Below the pieces are notes generated by a model. The model did no database searches. It worked only from the letters and a program-made list of their open reading frames with translations, and was not told where the DNA came from. The translations under genes were made by a program, and so were the position numbers. A stretch of 64,000 nucleotides of DNA from Podarcis melisellensis (taxonomy: Eukaryota), in NCBI GenBank assembly GCA_964234715.1, contig OZ174280.1; one strand, 5' to 3'. Positions within the stretch are counted from its first letter, which is position 1. Each line of letters opens with the position of its first letter. Shown here piece after piece: positions 1 to 60,920 of this stretch.

Positions 1-759
1 ACATCATGATAAAATGGCTAGATCTTTGCTTTATTTTGAAGGGTCCATGTGAACTAGGCTCATACTTTCAAAGGGCTGAAGTTTTTCCTTCCTGGTGGAC
101 GATAGGTGATTTACCTTTTTGGCAAGTAATTGCCATAGCTCCAAAGGCACTTCCCCAAGCCTGGGCTGAAAAAATTCCAGGGAGTCTGTAGTCACCACAC
201 TCCTAGAATTTTGATTGGTAGCACCACGGAACTGGACAAAACACATGGCATGCATGTGGGACCGATACCTAAAAATTCACACCTATCAAAAAATGTGTGA
301 AATTTTGTTTTCCACCCTCAAACCTGCCTACTCCTTCCTTTCATTTCTGTCTTTATGTATACATACCTCTCAGGCAGCCTGTGAACAGACAATACATTTT
401 CCTTCAGGAGCACGACCAGTGTTGCTGCTGCAACGTATTTGTATTTATTTTCCTGTGACCATCCTGGGCATCTATTGGATATGCCCAAGAGGAATAATAA
501 AGTCTCTTTACCTGCTCTATATGCTTGACTAGTTTTGGAATTAGGCTGTGATTAGCATCATGGATTGCACCTGACAGTCTCATTTTTATTCTCCCCTGAT
601 ATCTCTCAGAAAGGTGACTGTTTGCATAATGGTCTACCTTACATCTCGTCATTTTCTAGCCCGACCTAGTGGCTTTCCCCTGACAGTGGGATTGTAGGAA
701 AAACCAATCTTTTAAAAGGGAATTAGACCAATTCATTTACAATAAAGCTACTAGTCATA

Positions 760-940
760 GCGGCTACAAGCAGCCTGCACAGAGCCAGCAGACGTCTGAA
801 TACCAGTTGCTGGGGACTAACCATAGAAAAGAACTATTGCCCTTATGTCCTGCTTGTGGTCTTCCCCTGAGTATCTGGCTTCATAATGTGGGAAGCACAA
901 TGCTGGACTAGATAGGCCTTTGGTCTGATCCATCAGGAGA
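760..940 (+). mobile_element. Degraded CR1-type LINE 3' end
   Basis: ...tgctggactagataggcctttggtctgatcc resembles reptile CR1 3' termini. Confidence 0.5.
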
Positions 941-2001
941 TGGGTTCCTTAAGTCCAATACTGATTCATTTGGACATTCTTTTTTCTTCTTTAAAATTCT
1001 CCTATGTGCACATTGGACTAATTATCTGTGATGCAGTTAATAACTGCATTGTTTCTGTATCTCTTTTGATCCACTATGCCTGGCACAAACAGTTATTCCA
1101 GTTAGATGCCAAAAAATGTGACTTACATCCTAAGTAGACTCAATTCATTCCTTGAACTCTGAGGCAAAGCAGTAGGGAAAAGAAGAATTGTCCTTGTATC
1201 TGAAAAAAATGTTCCACATGCTCAGTCATTGCTGTATTTGGCTCTTCCGATGTTAAGAAAATCACTTTACATAATTGATATGCTCTTAACATTTAAAATC
1301 ACAAGTTCTTTTGTTTTTGCTCAAACAGTTGAGGTGTGACAGATATCCCTTAAGGTAGCCTGTGCCATATCCACTTAAGGCTTTAAAATTAAACTTGATA
1401 CCTTCAGCTACACCGGGAAGCAAACGAGAAGCAAGTATAGGTTTTAAATCTCTGATATAAAATGCGTCCAATAATTCATTGCTTTCGAATACTTGAACAA
1501 TCGCATTTGGTGTCTTCTGACGTTTCTCAGTAGTCTTAAGTTTTTAAGAGTTCTTAATTGAGCCAAGATTAGGCATCCGTGTTTCACTTTCTAATCCATT
1601 TATAGGTGTCCCTGCCTAATCTGGAAAGCTTATGGCTATGCAATTTACCATCCAAGGGTTGAGAGAAAAGGTCTGGTAAGGTCTAATCTAAAATGTCTGT
1701 TGGAAAAAGTATAAGCTTATAAGGGATTTCAGTAACTTGAGGATGAAGGACTTGTTAAACTTGTCCACAAGACAACCATCTTCTAACATGGTACCAAAGT
1801 GACTAGGCAGCATAGGACTGAAAGGTAGTATTTAGCTTAACATTAGAATAAATCTCCCAAATCTTCATCTAATTGAATGAAAGCTCATGCCATAATAAAC
1901 CAGTTAATCTCTAAAAGCTGCAGCCTTTTTGTTTTCTTGCTTTTATGTTAGGCGATTAGAACATCCTGCCTGGGGATATTGTAGAGACATTCTTCCTCAA
2001 T

Positions 2002-3480
2002 GGGATCATTCCATATCAAGTGATCCAACTTTTAAATCTCATGTCATCTAATTTTCTTAATATTTTGTACACTTGTTGAATGATCAAATCTAAGTTTAAA
2101 TCTAAAATTTAAATTTTTTATCTCATCCCATTTTTGAGTTATGAGGGTTTGAAATTTCAAAAATTTGACAATTTTGGCCTTCCCAGACCTACACAAAAAC
2201 CTTAAAAGCTCAGCCCAAGATTGAGATATGTCAAGACCTAAAACACCAATCTCTTCAGAACTTCATGGGCCTTAATATATGTCACATGATGAACTTACTC
2301 TAAATTTTAAATTTAAGTTACAAAATTTTAAAGTGATTAAAAAATTAATAGGATTTTAAAATTCCAAAAAATTGTACAATATTGATCATTTAATATTTCT
2401 AAGAGCTACCTGCAGAATTTCATCTTGGGATCTCAATGGGATCACCTTACAAAAAAATTTTTTTTGTACATGTCTGCCTTATTGGGTTCTATTTAGGATA
2501 AATGGGTCTTCTCAAAGAAAAATATAACAGAATAAACACGGCCACAACCATAATATTAGTTGCTTTAGGCATTTCGTTATAAAGTTATAAAGTTATATAA
2601 AGCTAGTCAGGTTTTTCTTTTAAAAATGTGTTCCAAAGCTGAGTGATAGCTTGCTATTGCATGATAGCATTAACACTTTGAAAGAATTATTGTTAGTACT
2701 TTATTTCATGAAGCACAACAAAATACATATCAAACAAAATTATGACACGGCTGGAACTGTTTAACTGGTGCTGAGATAACATCCCTTCTATCCAGTTCTT
2801 ATTTCCAACAAATGAGTACAGAAAAGAAGAAATGTTCCTGAAAGACGCTTTGAAAGAGTGAAAGTGCTCAGGGGAACACAAGGATTTCATTGCTACATCC
2901 AGTCCAACAGAAATTGTGACCAATGTGTACTCCTTTAGCAATGAGAGTGAGAAGTTTGACAGTGAAGGAGGTGCAAAATCTCTGGATATGACTGAGATAA
3001 CTGGATATGTGACCTGTGGATACAATAAAACATGTTGCTTAACTTATATGCTGTTGGTGGACTATGAAAGTGAAGAAGCAACTGTGACCTCCTTACACCC
3101 GCCAGGGCCAGCATCATCATTTGTTTACCCATCTAGTCAGGATGTACTTAAGTTAGGGTGAGCACAAGTTCCAACAAGCGTTGAACCAAGGACTGCAACT
3201 GGCCGCACCCACACTTTGACAAAAAATGAAACGTGCAACCAGTGCTCTTGAAAAGCGTTTGGTGTAAAGTATAATGTTTTCAGCCCCATTTAATGTGTAA
3301 GAATCCCCCTCTCTAATTTTGTTTGATATGCATTTTGTTGTAGCTCTTATAAATATTAAATAATACATTTACCGGTAACAAAAATTATATTAATTTTTAA
3401 AATTGCCTTTTAACTTTTTAAATTTTGTAACTTACATTTTATATTTTGAGTACACCATGTGACATATCATATTAAGGCCC
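2002..3480 (+). mobile_element. Decayed, internally deleted DNA transposon (Sola2-like) with long inverted repeats and a transposase C-terminal pseudo-ORF (~2720-3250)
   Basis: Inverted repeat 2267-2340 versus ~3405-3480; frameshifted coding remnant IMTRLELFNWC*DNIPSIQF / RFERVKVLRGTQGFHCYI / GYVTCGYNK...LHPPGPASSFVYP / VEPRTATGRTHTL. Confidence 0.6.
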
Positions 3481-4080
3481 TAGTCCAACACTTTTACCAC
3501 TTCTAGTACATAGCTCATTTTCAGGCATGAAGGCAATCAGTAGCAAGCAACATTCCTACAGGTGGCGGTGCAGTCTCTTGAACCTAAAGATAAATGCAAC
3601 TGAATTTAAGGAAATGCTTATTTAACTTAAAAAAACAAAGTTATTAGCCAAAAAGTAAAGTACAAGTCAGATGCTCTACATGCACTGGTGTCTGATCATA
3701 GGGTTGATGATTAGGGCAATTTTCGTTTTGGCTACAGGAAATTTGTCGTGAACAATTCTTTGACGGTTTAAACATACACGTCGCACAGTCTCTCTGTTGC
3801 CATGCAAGGCCCAGAGAAAGAGTTTGAAGTAAAATTTGTCACTTGCCTTAATCCCTTTGTGTATACATCCTTACCAAATTTGGACTTCAGAAAAAAGGTG
3901 TGAAAACATTTTTCTTTCTTTCTCCTCTTCCCCCTCCCAGTTCACAAGGAGACTTCACATTCCCAGAAATTAAGATGATACAAGATGGGCTATTGATCAG
4001 TTAGGGGACATATTTGTCTATCTGTTAGACTAAATCTTAAAAGCAATCATGCAGCATTCCATCACATGCAACATTCCATT

Positions 4081-4163
4081 CAGATGTGTATCTGAAGAAG
4101 TGTGCATGCACACGAAAGCTCATACCAAGAACTGACTTAGTTGGTCTTTAAGGTGCTACTGGA
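4081..4163 (+). mobile_element. Penelope-like element terminal (pLTR) fragment
   Basis: ctgaagaagtgtgcatgcacacgaaagctcatacc...ttagttggtctttaaggtgctactgga; the same family occurs at 9804-9910. Confidence 0.75.
4088..4125 (+). ncRNA. Minimal type I hammerhead ribozyme motif (Penelope-associated)
   Basis: GUAU-CUGAAGA-A-GUGUGC AU GCACAC-GAAA-GC-UC^-AUAC: conserved core, stem II, stem I (GUAU/AUAC) and a vestigial palindromic stem III. Confidence 0.7.
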
Positions 4164-5217
4164 AGGAATTTTTTTTGTTCATTCCATCACACTTAGGGTA
4201 AAGAAACAGAAACCAGAATATGGTTATGCAGGAAGGAGTATGGTTTATATAGAGTATGTGTGGTGTCACCAGGGAGGAAATGTAAAGCACTGCATTTGAG
4301 TAGGGAGGGAAGATTAGAGCACCAACATGTTGCTGGAGAAGAGAAGGGATTCAAGGGAATAGTTGGGGCAGTGTTCAGGGGAGAAAGCCAAGGGTGGTGG
4401 TGGGAGTGCCAGAGAGATGCAACAAAAGGGCAGGGGATAAAAAGAATGAGAACCAGGGCGTATTGGATGGCCATAAAGAAGAGAGTCCTGGTAAGAGTTT
4501 TAGGTTGTGTTGAGGGCAGGATAGAGCTGAGTTGAAGGGATGGGGAGAATGATGGAGGATGGAGCTAAAATCTCTCCCTTCCCCCCATGACATTTCACAG
4601 TCATTTGCTAGCTGGCAAAACACAGGGCATTTTTAATTTAGATCCATAACATCAGAGATCTAGCTGCATCAACAACTATTCTTGGGATGTTTCTGCAGTT
4701 GCCGTTATATGCAATCAAGAAAAGAGACTTATCATTTCAAAAAGGATTCTAAAATGTCTCAAAATACCTGCTACTCCTAGATTTGTCAAGACTTGGATTC
4801 AAGCTTTTCCTGTGCCATGGATTCCTCAAGATGGTATTGGGAAAACAGTTACAAGAACATGAGATGAGCCTTACAGGATCGGAACAAAGGCCTGCTAGTC
4901 CTTTAATGCTGTATATGGATTAGGATGCAGGTATTTGAAGTATTACAAGGTGAAGTTTACTAAATGGCATTGAACAGAAGTGTTAGTGGTAAAGAATGTA
5001 TAGTTCATTGCCATCACCATTGCAAGGTGCCTTCACATAGGTTTGTGGTTGGTCAGATTTGTCATGGGTTTTTCTCCGTTTGTGTTCATGTTGCCTTCCC
5101 AACTGACTCATCACTACCAGCTAGTGAGATGACGTGTGTGAGTAACCATGTCTTCAGCATGAGATACTCTAGATTTTAAAGATCCACTACAGGAGCCTTC
5201 TTCCCAATGTTCTAGAT

Positions 5218-5326
5218 CAGGCATGTACAACAGGTCGATCGCAACTCTGGGCAATGACAATGGGTAGATCACTGTCAGTTTTATACTGGGAGTAGATCAC
5301 AGTCTCTTGGGAGTTGGATATGCTTG
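5218..5326. mobile_element. hAT-like MITE with 8-bp TSD (TTCTAGAT), nested in an older MITE (~5190-5422)
   Basis: TSD at 5210-5217 and 5327-5334; imperfect TIRs caggcatgtacaac / gttggatatgcttg. Confidence 0.7.
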
Positions 5327-8269
5327 TTCTAGATAACAATTCATATCATTCCTGACCATTGGCTGCTCTGACTAGAGTTGGAGTCCAACAACACCTGGAG
5401 GGCACCAGGTTGGGAAAGGCTGCTTTCACAGAACTTCCAGCCATGTTAGCTAGTAATTCCTCCAGAGTTATCAGAAAATGATCAAGATCCATCAAAACCC
5501 AGTGTTTTATTTATCAATGCCTTGATGGGAAACCACTGGAAATGTAATGAAAACTGCTTGGGTCTTTCCAAGAAAGATGATAAAATTATGTATTAAGTTT
5601 TAGTGGCAGGCCATTCATGGGATGGCTCATGAATTTTGGAAACTGGTTGCAGTGCATATAGTCCAGTTCTAGCAGACTATTATATCTTCCTGTTTCTGTT
5701 AATGGAGCTTGCTACTATAATTCTTCTCTAAAAGCACTATTATTAATAACTAGCATAATGCCTGTCATGATGATTGGTGCGTGCCTGCAAAGGAATTGTA
5801 TACTGCATACTTTCTACATGTCTGCCTTGTGGGCAGCAATTCACTTGTATAAGAAATGCACATGAATACCATTGGAGAAGGGGCTGAAAATGTACCCTGC
5901 TTCTCAGTGTCGTGCGGTGAATTCTTTTCATAGGGGACAGTTAGGGCCAGAGGCACCAGTATGTGAGGCTGATTCAGGGGGTCGATGTCCTGATGCCCCA
6001 TGTGTGGGCATCACACCTCCCTCCTTAATCTGAGCAGAAGCTTCCTGGGCTTTGGAAAGGAAGCGCCAGGCCTCTGACAGGATGCTGGAGCCCTGCTGCC
6101 TCATTCCCAAAGCTGGGCAGGCTTTGAGAAGGTGGCTGGAGGGCCCTGCACCTTACCCAAGCATCACAACCCACCCCCCAAGCCGGGCAGAAGCTTCCTG
6201 GACTTTGGGAAGGTGGCACTAGGCTTTAGTAGTTTAATATACCAAGAACATTTAGCCTAGTCCCCCTAGTCCATTGACCACACACCACTGCTGCTTCTAC
6301 TGACCCAACATTGAGAAGCAAGCCTGCTCCTGTATCTAGCCCAGCACCTTCGTTTATATAGTTTCTTTCTGGATTCTGTTTCTTGGTCACTTTAAAAATA
6401 TGCTGGAATGTTGTGAATTGGGTTTTCTGCATTTGCAGATGATGAAATCTTCTAATTTCTACTCTTGAAAGTCAGGAATATTAAAATTAACATGAAGCTT
6501 ATTGGATCCTTTCCCATTAACTTGTCTGAATCCTCTTACAGACTGCCACATCTAATATGCATGTATTCAAGCTAGGCCTCTAGTGTCTCAGTGAAAAATC
6601 AACATGCACACAGGAATTTTTCTCCTCCTACTACAGTATCTTAATTTGTATGCCGAACTACAAAGCAGTGATAATTCAGGATGACTGCATAAATGCTGTT
6701 CCCTTGTTTGCATTCTGAAGCTCAGGAAACATAGCGACAGGCCCACTCGGTTCCCTTCAAGCTATTTCAAATGCTTCATCAAGTGGGTGGGTGGGTGGGC
6801 TCCCGGCACAGTTCTTATTTTGGTTGCCTGTTTTGAACTCTGTTTGGTTCAGCCTTGCCCTTTCAGAAGTAATCCCTGCAGCTGTTAGAATTTACCAATT
6901 GGAATTTACTTTTGTAAGGCCTCCAGTTTAGAGAAGGGACAATGAGGAAGGGCTGGCTGGCTGGGAAGTGTCTGCCGTTATTTTAATTTCCCTAGCCGCC
7001 TTCCTTAACTACCTGCTTTGTTGTGCATATCTTTGTGTTGCCAGGGAGGTTCTACACCCCTAGCACAGACATAATCACAGCAGCTTCTGTAACAAATGAG
7101 TCCATATATGTCCCTCTTGTTATAAAAAGCAAAACAGTACTTATTGAATACTTTTGTGGGAAACATACTTCATGCTCATTGTGAAGATTGCATTGACGGG
7201 CACCTTTGACATTGCTGCCTGGCTGGGACAACAGTACTTTGACTTACTTCCATTTTTTTAGATGTGTAGCCTGCCTTATACCAAATGTTCAGGGCAAATA
7301 ACAGTATTTGTGTTTTAAATAGTTCAGATATTGTTACTTCCTAGAATTGTTTCTACAAGGCATTGGGTATAGCAGAAAAGGTGAAGAAAATCTATTGAAC
7401 ATAGTGGTAGACAAGTGATAACCTGCCTCACTGCCCTACTTCAACCCGTCTTAGGGTATTTTGAGGCGGGTTTAGCTTTTCATTGGTTCTAATTAATGCA
7501 AGGCTCATTGGTGTGTGACCCACACCAGTTCCTTAGGGATGCTGCGTGGAGTATGTGTGTATCAGAAGTATCAGTAATCTATAAAGAAACATTGACTAAG
7601 AAGTTATCTGATTCTCAATACATAGATCTTTAGAGGGCCAAGATAAACAAGGAATTCTCCTCTACACAATCACCTTCATGACTGAGATAGTTTGTATTAA
7701 AACTATTTTACCCTACCTAAAGATCCCCAAGCTTAGGACTCTTGGAAGCTGAAATTATTTCAGGAATAGTCCATAATGGAAGCAAAAGCTAATCTGAAAG
7801 GAAACAGTAAGAAGTGCCTGCAAATTTCTTTGTTGTGTTTAGTTTTATGATGTCTGAGTTCTACTGCTAAAAAAGTAGATGCCCACATTGCTTATTTTTA
7901 AAGAGGGTATTCTGAATTTTGCTGGATGTGGGAGGAAAAACCAACAAAAAACTGTATATCTGCACTACTGTGATTCACATACAGCAGCAGCTGGCATGTA
8001 AGTCTCAAGCTGTTTTCTGTCCAGAAGATACACTTGATTGCTGGCATGTTGCACTGCTTTAACTGATTGGAATGAAATGCTTTACCTGCTGTTTCTGCTT
8101 TCCTTAATTGGTACAAAGGGGAGCAGGTGAGAAGCTCTTACCCAGGAGAGAAGTTCTGGTGGAACCAGTACTGCCTTATTAGAATGCATTGGGATGGCAG
8201 TTTTGATATTGGCGTTGCAGATACATAAGCTGGCTGGGTGACAGATTAGTCTGAATATCATTTATTATA

Positions 8270-8488
8270 CTGTGGTACCTTGGGTTACAAAGGCTTCGGG
8301 TTACAAACACTTCGGGTTACAAAATTCACTAACCTGGAAGTAGTACCTCGGGTTGCAAACTTTGCCCCAGGATGAGAACCGAAATCGTGCAGCAGCAGGT
8401 GGCCCCATTAGCGAAAGCGCACCTCGGGTTAAGAACAGTTTCGGGTTAAGAACGGACCTCCGGAATGAATTAACCCGAGGTACCACTG
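8270..8488. mobile_element. Tc1/mariner (pogo/Tigger-like) MITE
   Basis: TIRs ctgtggtaccttgggtta / taacccgaggtaccactg; TA target duplication. Confidence 0.8.
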
Positions 8489-8816
8489 TATGTCAAAGTA
8501 CTGTAATTCACTAAACAGAACCTTTGCTTACCTTTGCTTACCTTTGAAGTGTCACAAAAACCCACCAAAGATCCCAGAATGAAAAGTTGTAATACTTTTC
8601 TGTTGTTGTTAATTCTGATTGTTGTTTTGATGACTTTCATTCTCTTTTGTGTGACAGCCCATTTTTGGTAATACAAGGGGATCCTCTTGGGTGCATGTGA
8701 TGCAACCATGTTTTTTCATGCAGATACTTCTTTTCTTCATAAAAAAGCTAACTTAAAGCTGCGGAATCTGAGGAAACCTGGCTCCGCATGATTGTAAAAA
8801 TGTGATTGCTTTGCAG

Positions 8817-57332
<48,516 letters not shown>

Positions 57333-59133
57333 GATTCAGTTTCCAATGGGACCATTGGCCCAGGGCCCAGGTAAGTGTAGAAATTAGGGTAGAGCAGCTA
57401 TATTTTCAGTAGTCTAGAGAACTTCCAGAAACTAATGAAATAAACCAGAAATCAATTACTCTGTCTTCAGGCTTCTAAACACAATTTTTGTGGTCTGCCT
57501 TAATTCACTTGCAGGGAAGTTTCCTGTATCACCAGTTCAGCTTTTTGTGTGAGAGTCAGTATCATGACAAAGTTGCAAAGGAGATTGTGCTGTATTCCCA
57601 TGTTTGAACTTCAGCACCCCAGTGGCCTCACAATTTCTCTAGTCCATGTCAGACCAGAGGACCCAGCACAGTTGTTATATATCTGATGGGTGCCAGATTT
57701 ATTCATTCAACAACCCTAGTCTCAACAGCAACAAACATGGGCTTCAACACTTTAGCTCTGTCTTGGTGTTTGCAGGAGCAGTTGTTAGCACAGCAATATC
57801 TAGCATGTGTCATAGGTGATTTCTCAATGCACACCAAACATCCAGTACTGCTTCAGTGGCCTCTTTTTGTAGGGCAATAAGGCACAGGCACATTTTTCTT
57901 CAGAGATATTGCAATCCAACATTTAAATAATAGAAAGCAAAGACAAGTGGACAAAGCCATGGAGCCCATAAAATAAGCCAACATCCATGAAGAAAGAGAG
58001 ACACCAAGAAGCTTAAATCTGGCTTGATTTCAGATTAAACCTCTGAATTACCAGAACAACTTATAGCAATTTTATCTAACTCCTTTTTCCCGATTTGTAA
58101 TATATATTGCAGCCAGTACATAGAGGGCCACTCAGTGTGTTATGAAGCTATTATTGTCTCTCAAAAGAAACCAAACATTTTCTTCCAGAAGAGCCAATCC
58201 CTTAGTTGATACTTATTTAAGGTCTGTGCAGAGCTCAGTTCAGGAAGAGAATAATCATCTAAAACATATTGATAAGCTGTTTTCCAGAGTTGGTTATCAC
58301 CCAGTTCTATATAGCACAGTGCAGGAAAGAACTTAATTGCCATAGTAGCTGTTCTTTTATTATACTTGATTGAGTGCAGTTCACTCTTGGTTTAATTGTT
58401 GGCCACCCGGGTTCTCTACAAAGAAGAACTGCTGATATTCCTGATGGTAGAGGGTTTAGCTTCTGAAAAAATATTGTGCATGGTTTCTTAAACTTTAATG
58501 GAGTTCACACATTACTTTTACATGTGTTTGATTCAGCAGAGAACCATACTGTATATTGTTGGGCTATGATCTGGAAATCCTGTCTGTAATTCTGTGCTCA
58601 GCTCTGAAGCTCTCTGAATGATTTTGGGGAAGCCACTCTCCCTCAAGCTAATCTGCCTTACAGGTTTACTGTGAAGTTAAAATGTCATTCTGAGTTTCTT
58701 GGAAGAAAGGAAGAATAGGATTATAACATGAATATATAGTAGAACTGATAGTACATGACAAAACATCTTGGATCTTGCCTAGCAGATGCACCTACCTACC
58801 TACCAGGGACGAGCAACCTGTGGCTCTGTCAGTATTATTAAACCCAAATTGCCATCAGCCCCAGCCAACATGGCAAGTGGTCAGGGATAATGAGAGTTGT
58901 AATCCAACACTATTTGCAGAGCCACAAGTTGCCTACATATGAATTTTAGGTCAATATATTCAGCCCGACTATCAAGCTGTTATTCCAACAGAAGCTTCAT
59001 TTTGATGAAACTGCTTCCCTTTTATAAAGCTGTCCTCCAAGACTGGTTTAATAGTTAGGGTGTTTGTAGGCAGGGCCCATTTACTGGCAGAGAAATTGCT
59101 ACAGTTGAACCATTTGGATACTTTCTCCTTCAG

Positions 59134-60920
59134 ATTATTATAGAAGCTGTTTCCTGCCTAGTAGGAAACTTTCTAGTCTAGTTGCATGCTGTAAGCTCAA
59201 TAACCAAGAAATTCCGGTGACTGAAGTGTCGGCAAAATCTTCATGGATCATACTAACAAAGAGGAGGAGGAAGGAGGAATGTGCTGAATATGGGCTGGAG
59301 AGGCATCTATAGAAATGAAGGGGACAGCTGTTGGATAAAGATAGCAAAGTTTATCCCTTTCTCCCCAAGGCAACATCAGCACTGACGCTTCCAGTGACAA
59401 GAACAGACTTGGCCATGTTCATTGTGGGTCTCACAGTCAAAATCCATGGATCAGCCATGACTGTGCTTGTGTCTAGCTTCTGCTATTTCTATGCTGATCC
59501 GTGTGGACTCTAATCTGTGCTAAAGGCTGGTGAACAGCAGTTTGCCAGCATCAGGATTCTGAGGATTCTTGGGTGGGATCTCCTAACCTGGCAGAGGTGG
59601 GGTGTGCAAACTGCGGATTCTCTCAACCTTTCTCTGACCCTCTTAGGTACTCCATGCAAACAGGTGCTTGGAGCATTGGGCCTTGTTGTATCTGTTGGGG
59701 CTTTGTTGAATGCCTAATCTTCCACTCGGTCCCTAGAGAATAGCCGTAGGAGGAGCACAGGCACAGAGCAGATTTTCCACAGCATCACATCCTTCATGTT
59801 TAATGTAGACATTGTACCCTTTTGTTTTGCAGCACATTCCCACTACTTGTATGGTTATACACTGGCTGCTTTCCGAGATTAGGCCAGAGACCAGACTGTG
59901 CCTGCTCCTTGGCTCCAAAGAACAGAAGCTACAGGCCAACCATTTCAGGCCACATGGCCAAAAGAAGATTCTTCCTCCTGCTTGTACACAACCCCTGATC
60001 TCCTGTTTGGTGTCCTTAAACCCCAATTATATCTGTGGCTTCCCATTTATCTCCCCTGTTCCCTTGGCTTTAGACATGCTCTCACTGAGAAAGAGAACAG
60101 ACATCTCTCTCCCCACTGTGTGTGATGCAGTGATCTTGATGTAGGTCTGGTAAGACATGGAAGCACCTTAATACTGGTCTGCAGCAGTCCCTGCACCATT
60201 ATCTGCCTGTGTTTCATTTTGCCAATATGCCTGAGAGCAGCAGTAGCTGCTTGTTCCCACCGTACAGCTCGGACCCCATAAGACAATCGCTAAGGAGACA
60301 AAGGCAATGATGAGACTATGGGAGACTCCAGCTCTGAACTCTCCCACAAGCGCAGCAGCAGGCATTTCTGCTGGGACTGTCCACCATGCCACAGGCAACA
60401 AGGAACGTCTGCCAATGGGCAGTATTGTTCCTCTGATGTGAAAGGGCCAGGGCTGAAAGCAGGGCATGGAGGTGCTTGGTGGGAAGGAGAGAGTAGCTAC
60501 CAAACAAGTTTGTATGTCTTCCAGGTCCCTTTGTCATGTATGAAATGAAATCTGACGCTGGGAGTTCAAGTGATGTCCTCAGATCTCTGTTGGGTAAACA
60601 GTAAATGCTCTTATCTTTCCCTGTAGACAAACAGAAAATCTCCCCTTTCTTCTCTTTGCATTTACAGATAGCCTGTGATCCAAAAAGGTTCCTAGCTGTT
60701 TCTTCCTTCTAGGGTAGGATCCGTTTGTCTTCTCATGCTGCCTTTTGCCTAGTGTGGCCCTCTTATTACTGACGTGGTATTTCTTGGTGGCTGGAATGCC
60801 CTATACTCATACTGTGCTGTTTGGAAGTGCAATATCCAAGAGACTGTACAGTTGCAATGTCTTTTTGGTGTACGACTTGCCTAATACAGTATTAAATATT
60901 TTTTTAATTTAAAGAGTAAG
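59134..60920 (+). other. PPFIA4: Probable PPFIA4 terminal 3'UTR exon
   Basis: Good acceptor ctttctccttcag at 59121-59133; no recognised repeats; ATTAAA at 60891 and AATAAA at 61023. An alternative acceptor exists at 60667, so the boundaries are uncertain. Confidence 0.5.

Noticed and set aside
4190-4560. Purine-rich stretch with ~90-aa ORFs on both strands
   Set aside because: No recognisable motif or splice signals; probably an old LINE remnant that I cannot assign
8270-8340. Short regularly spaced repeats (ttcgggttacaaa) resembling a CRISPR-like array
   Set aside because: Subterminal repeats of a MITE in vertebrate DNA; no unique spacers and no cas genes
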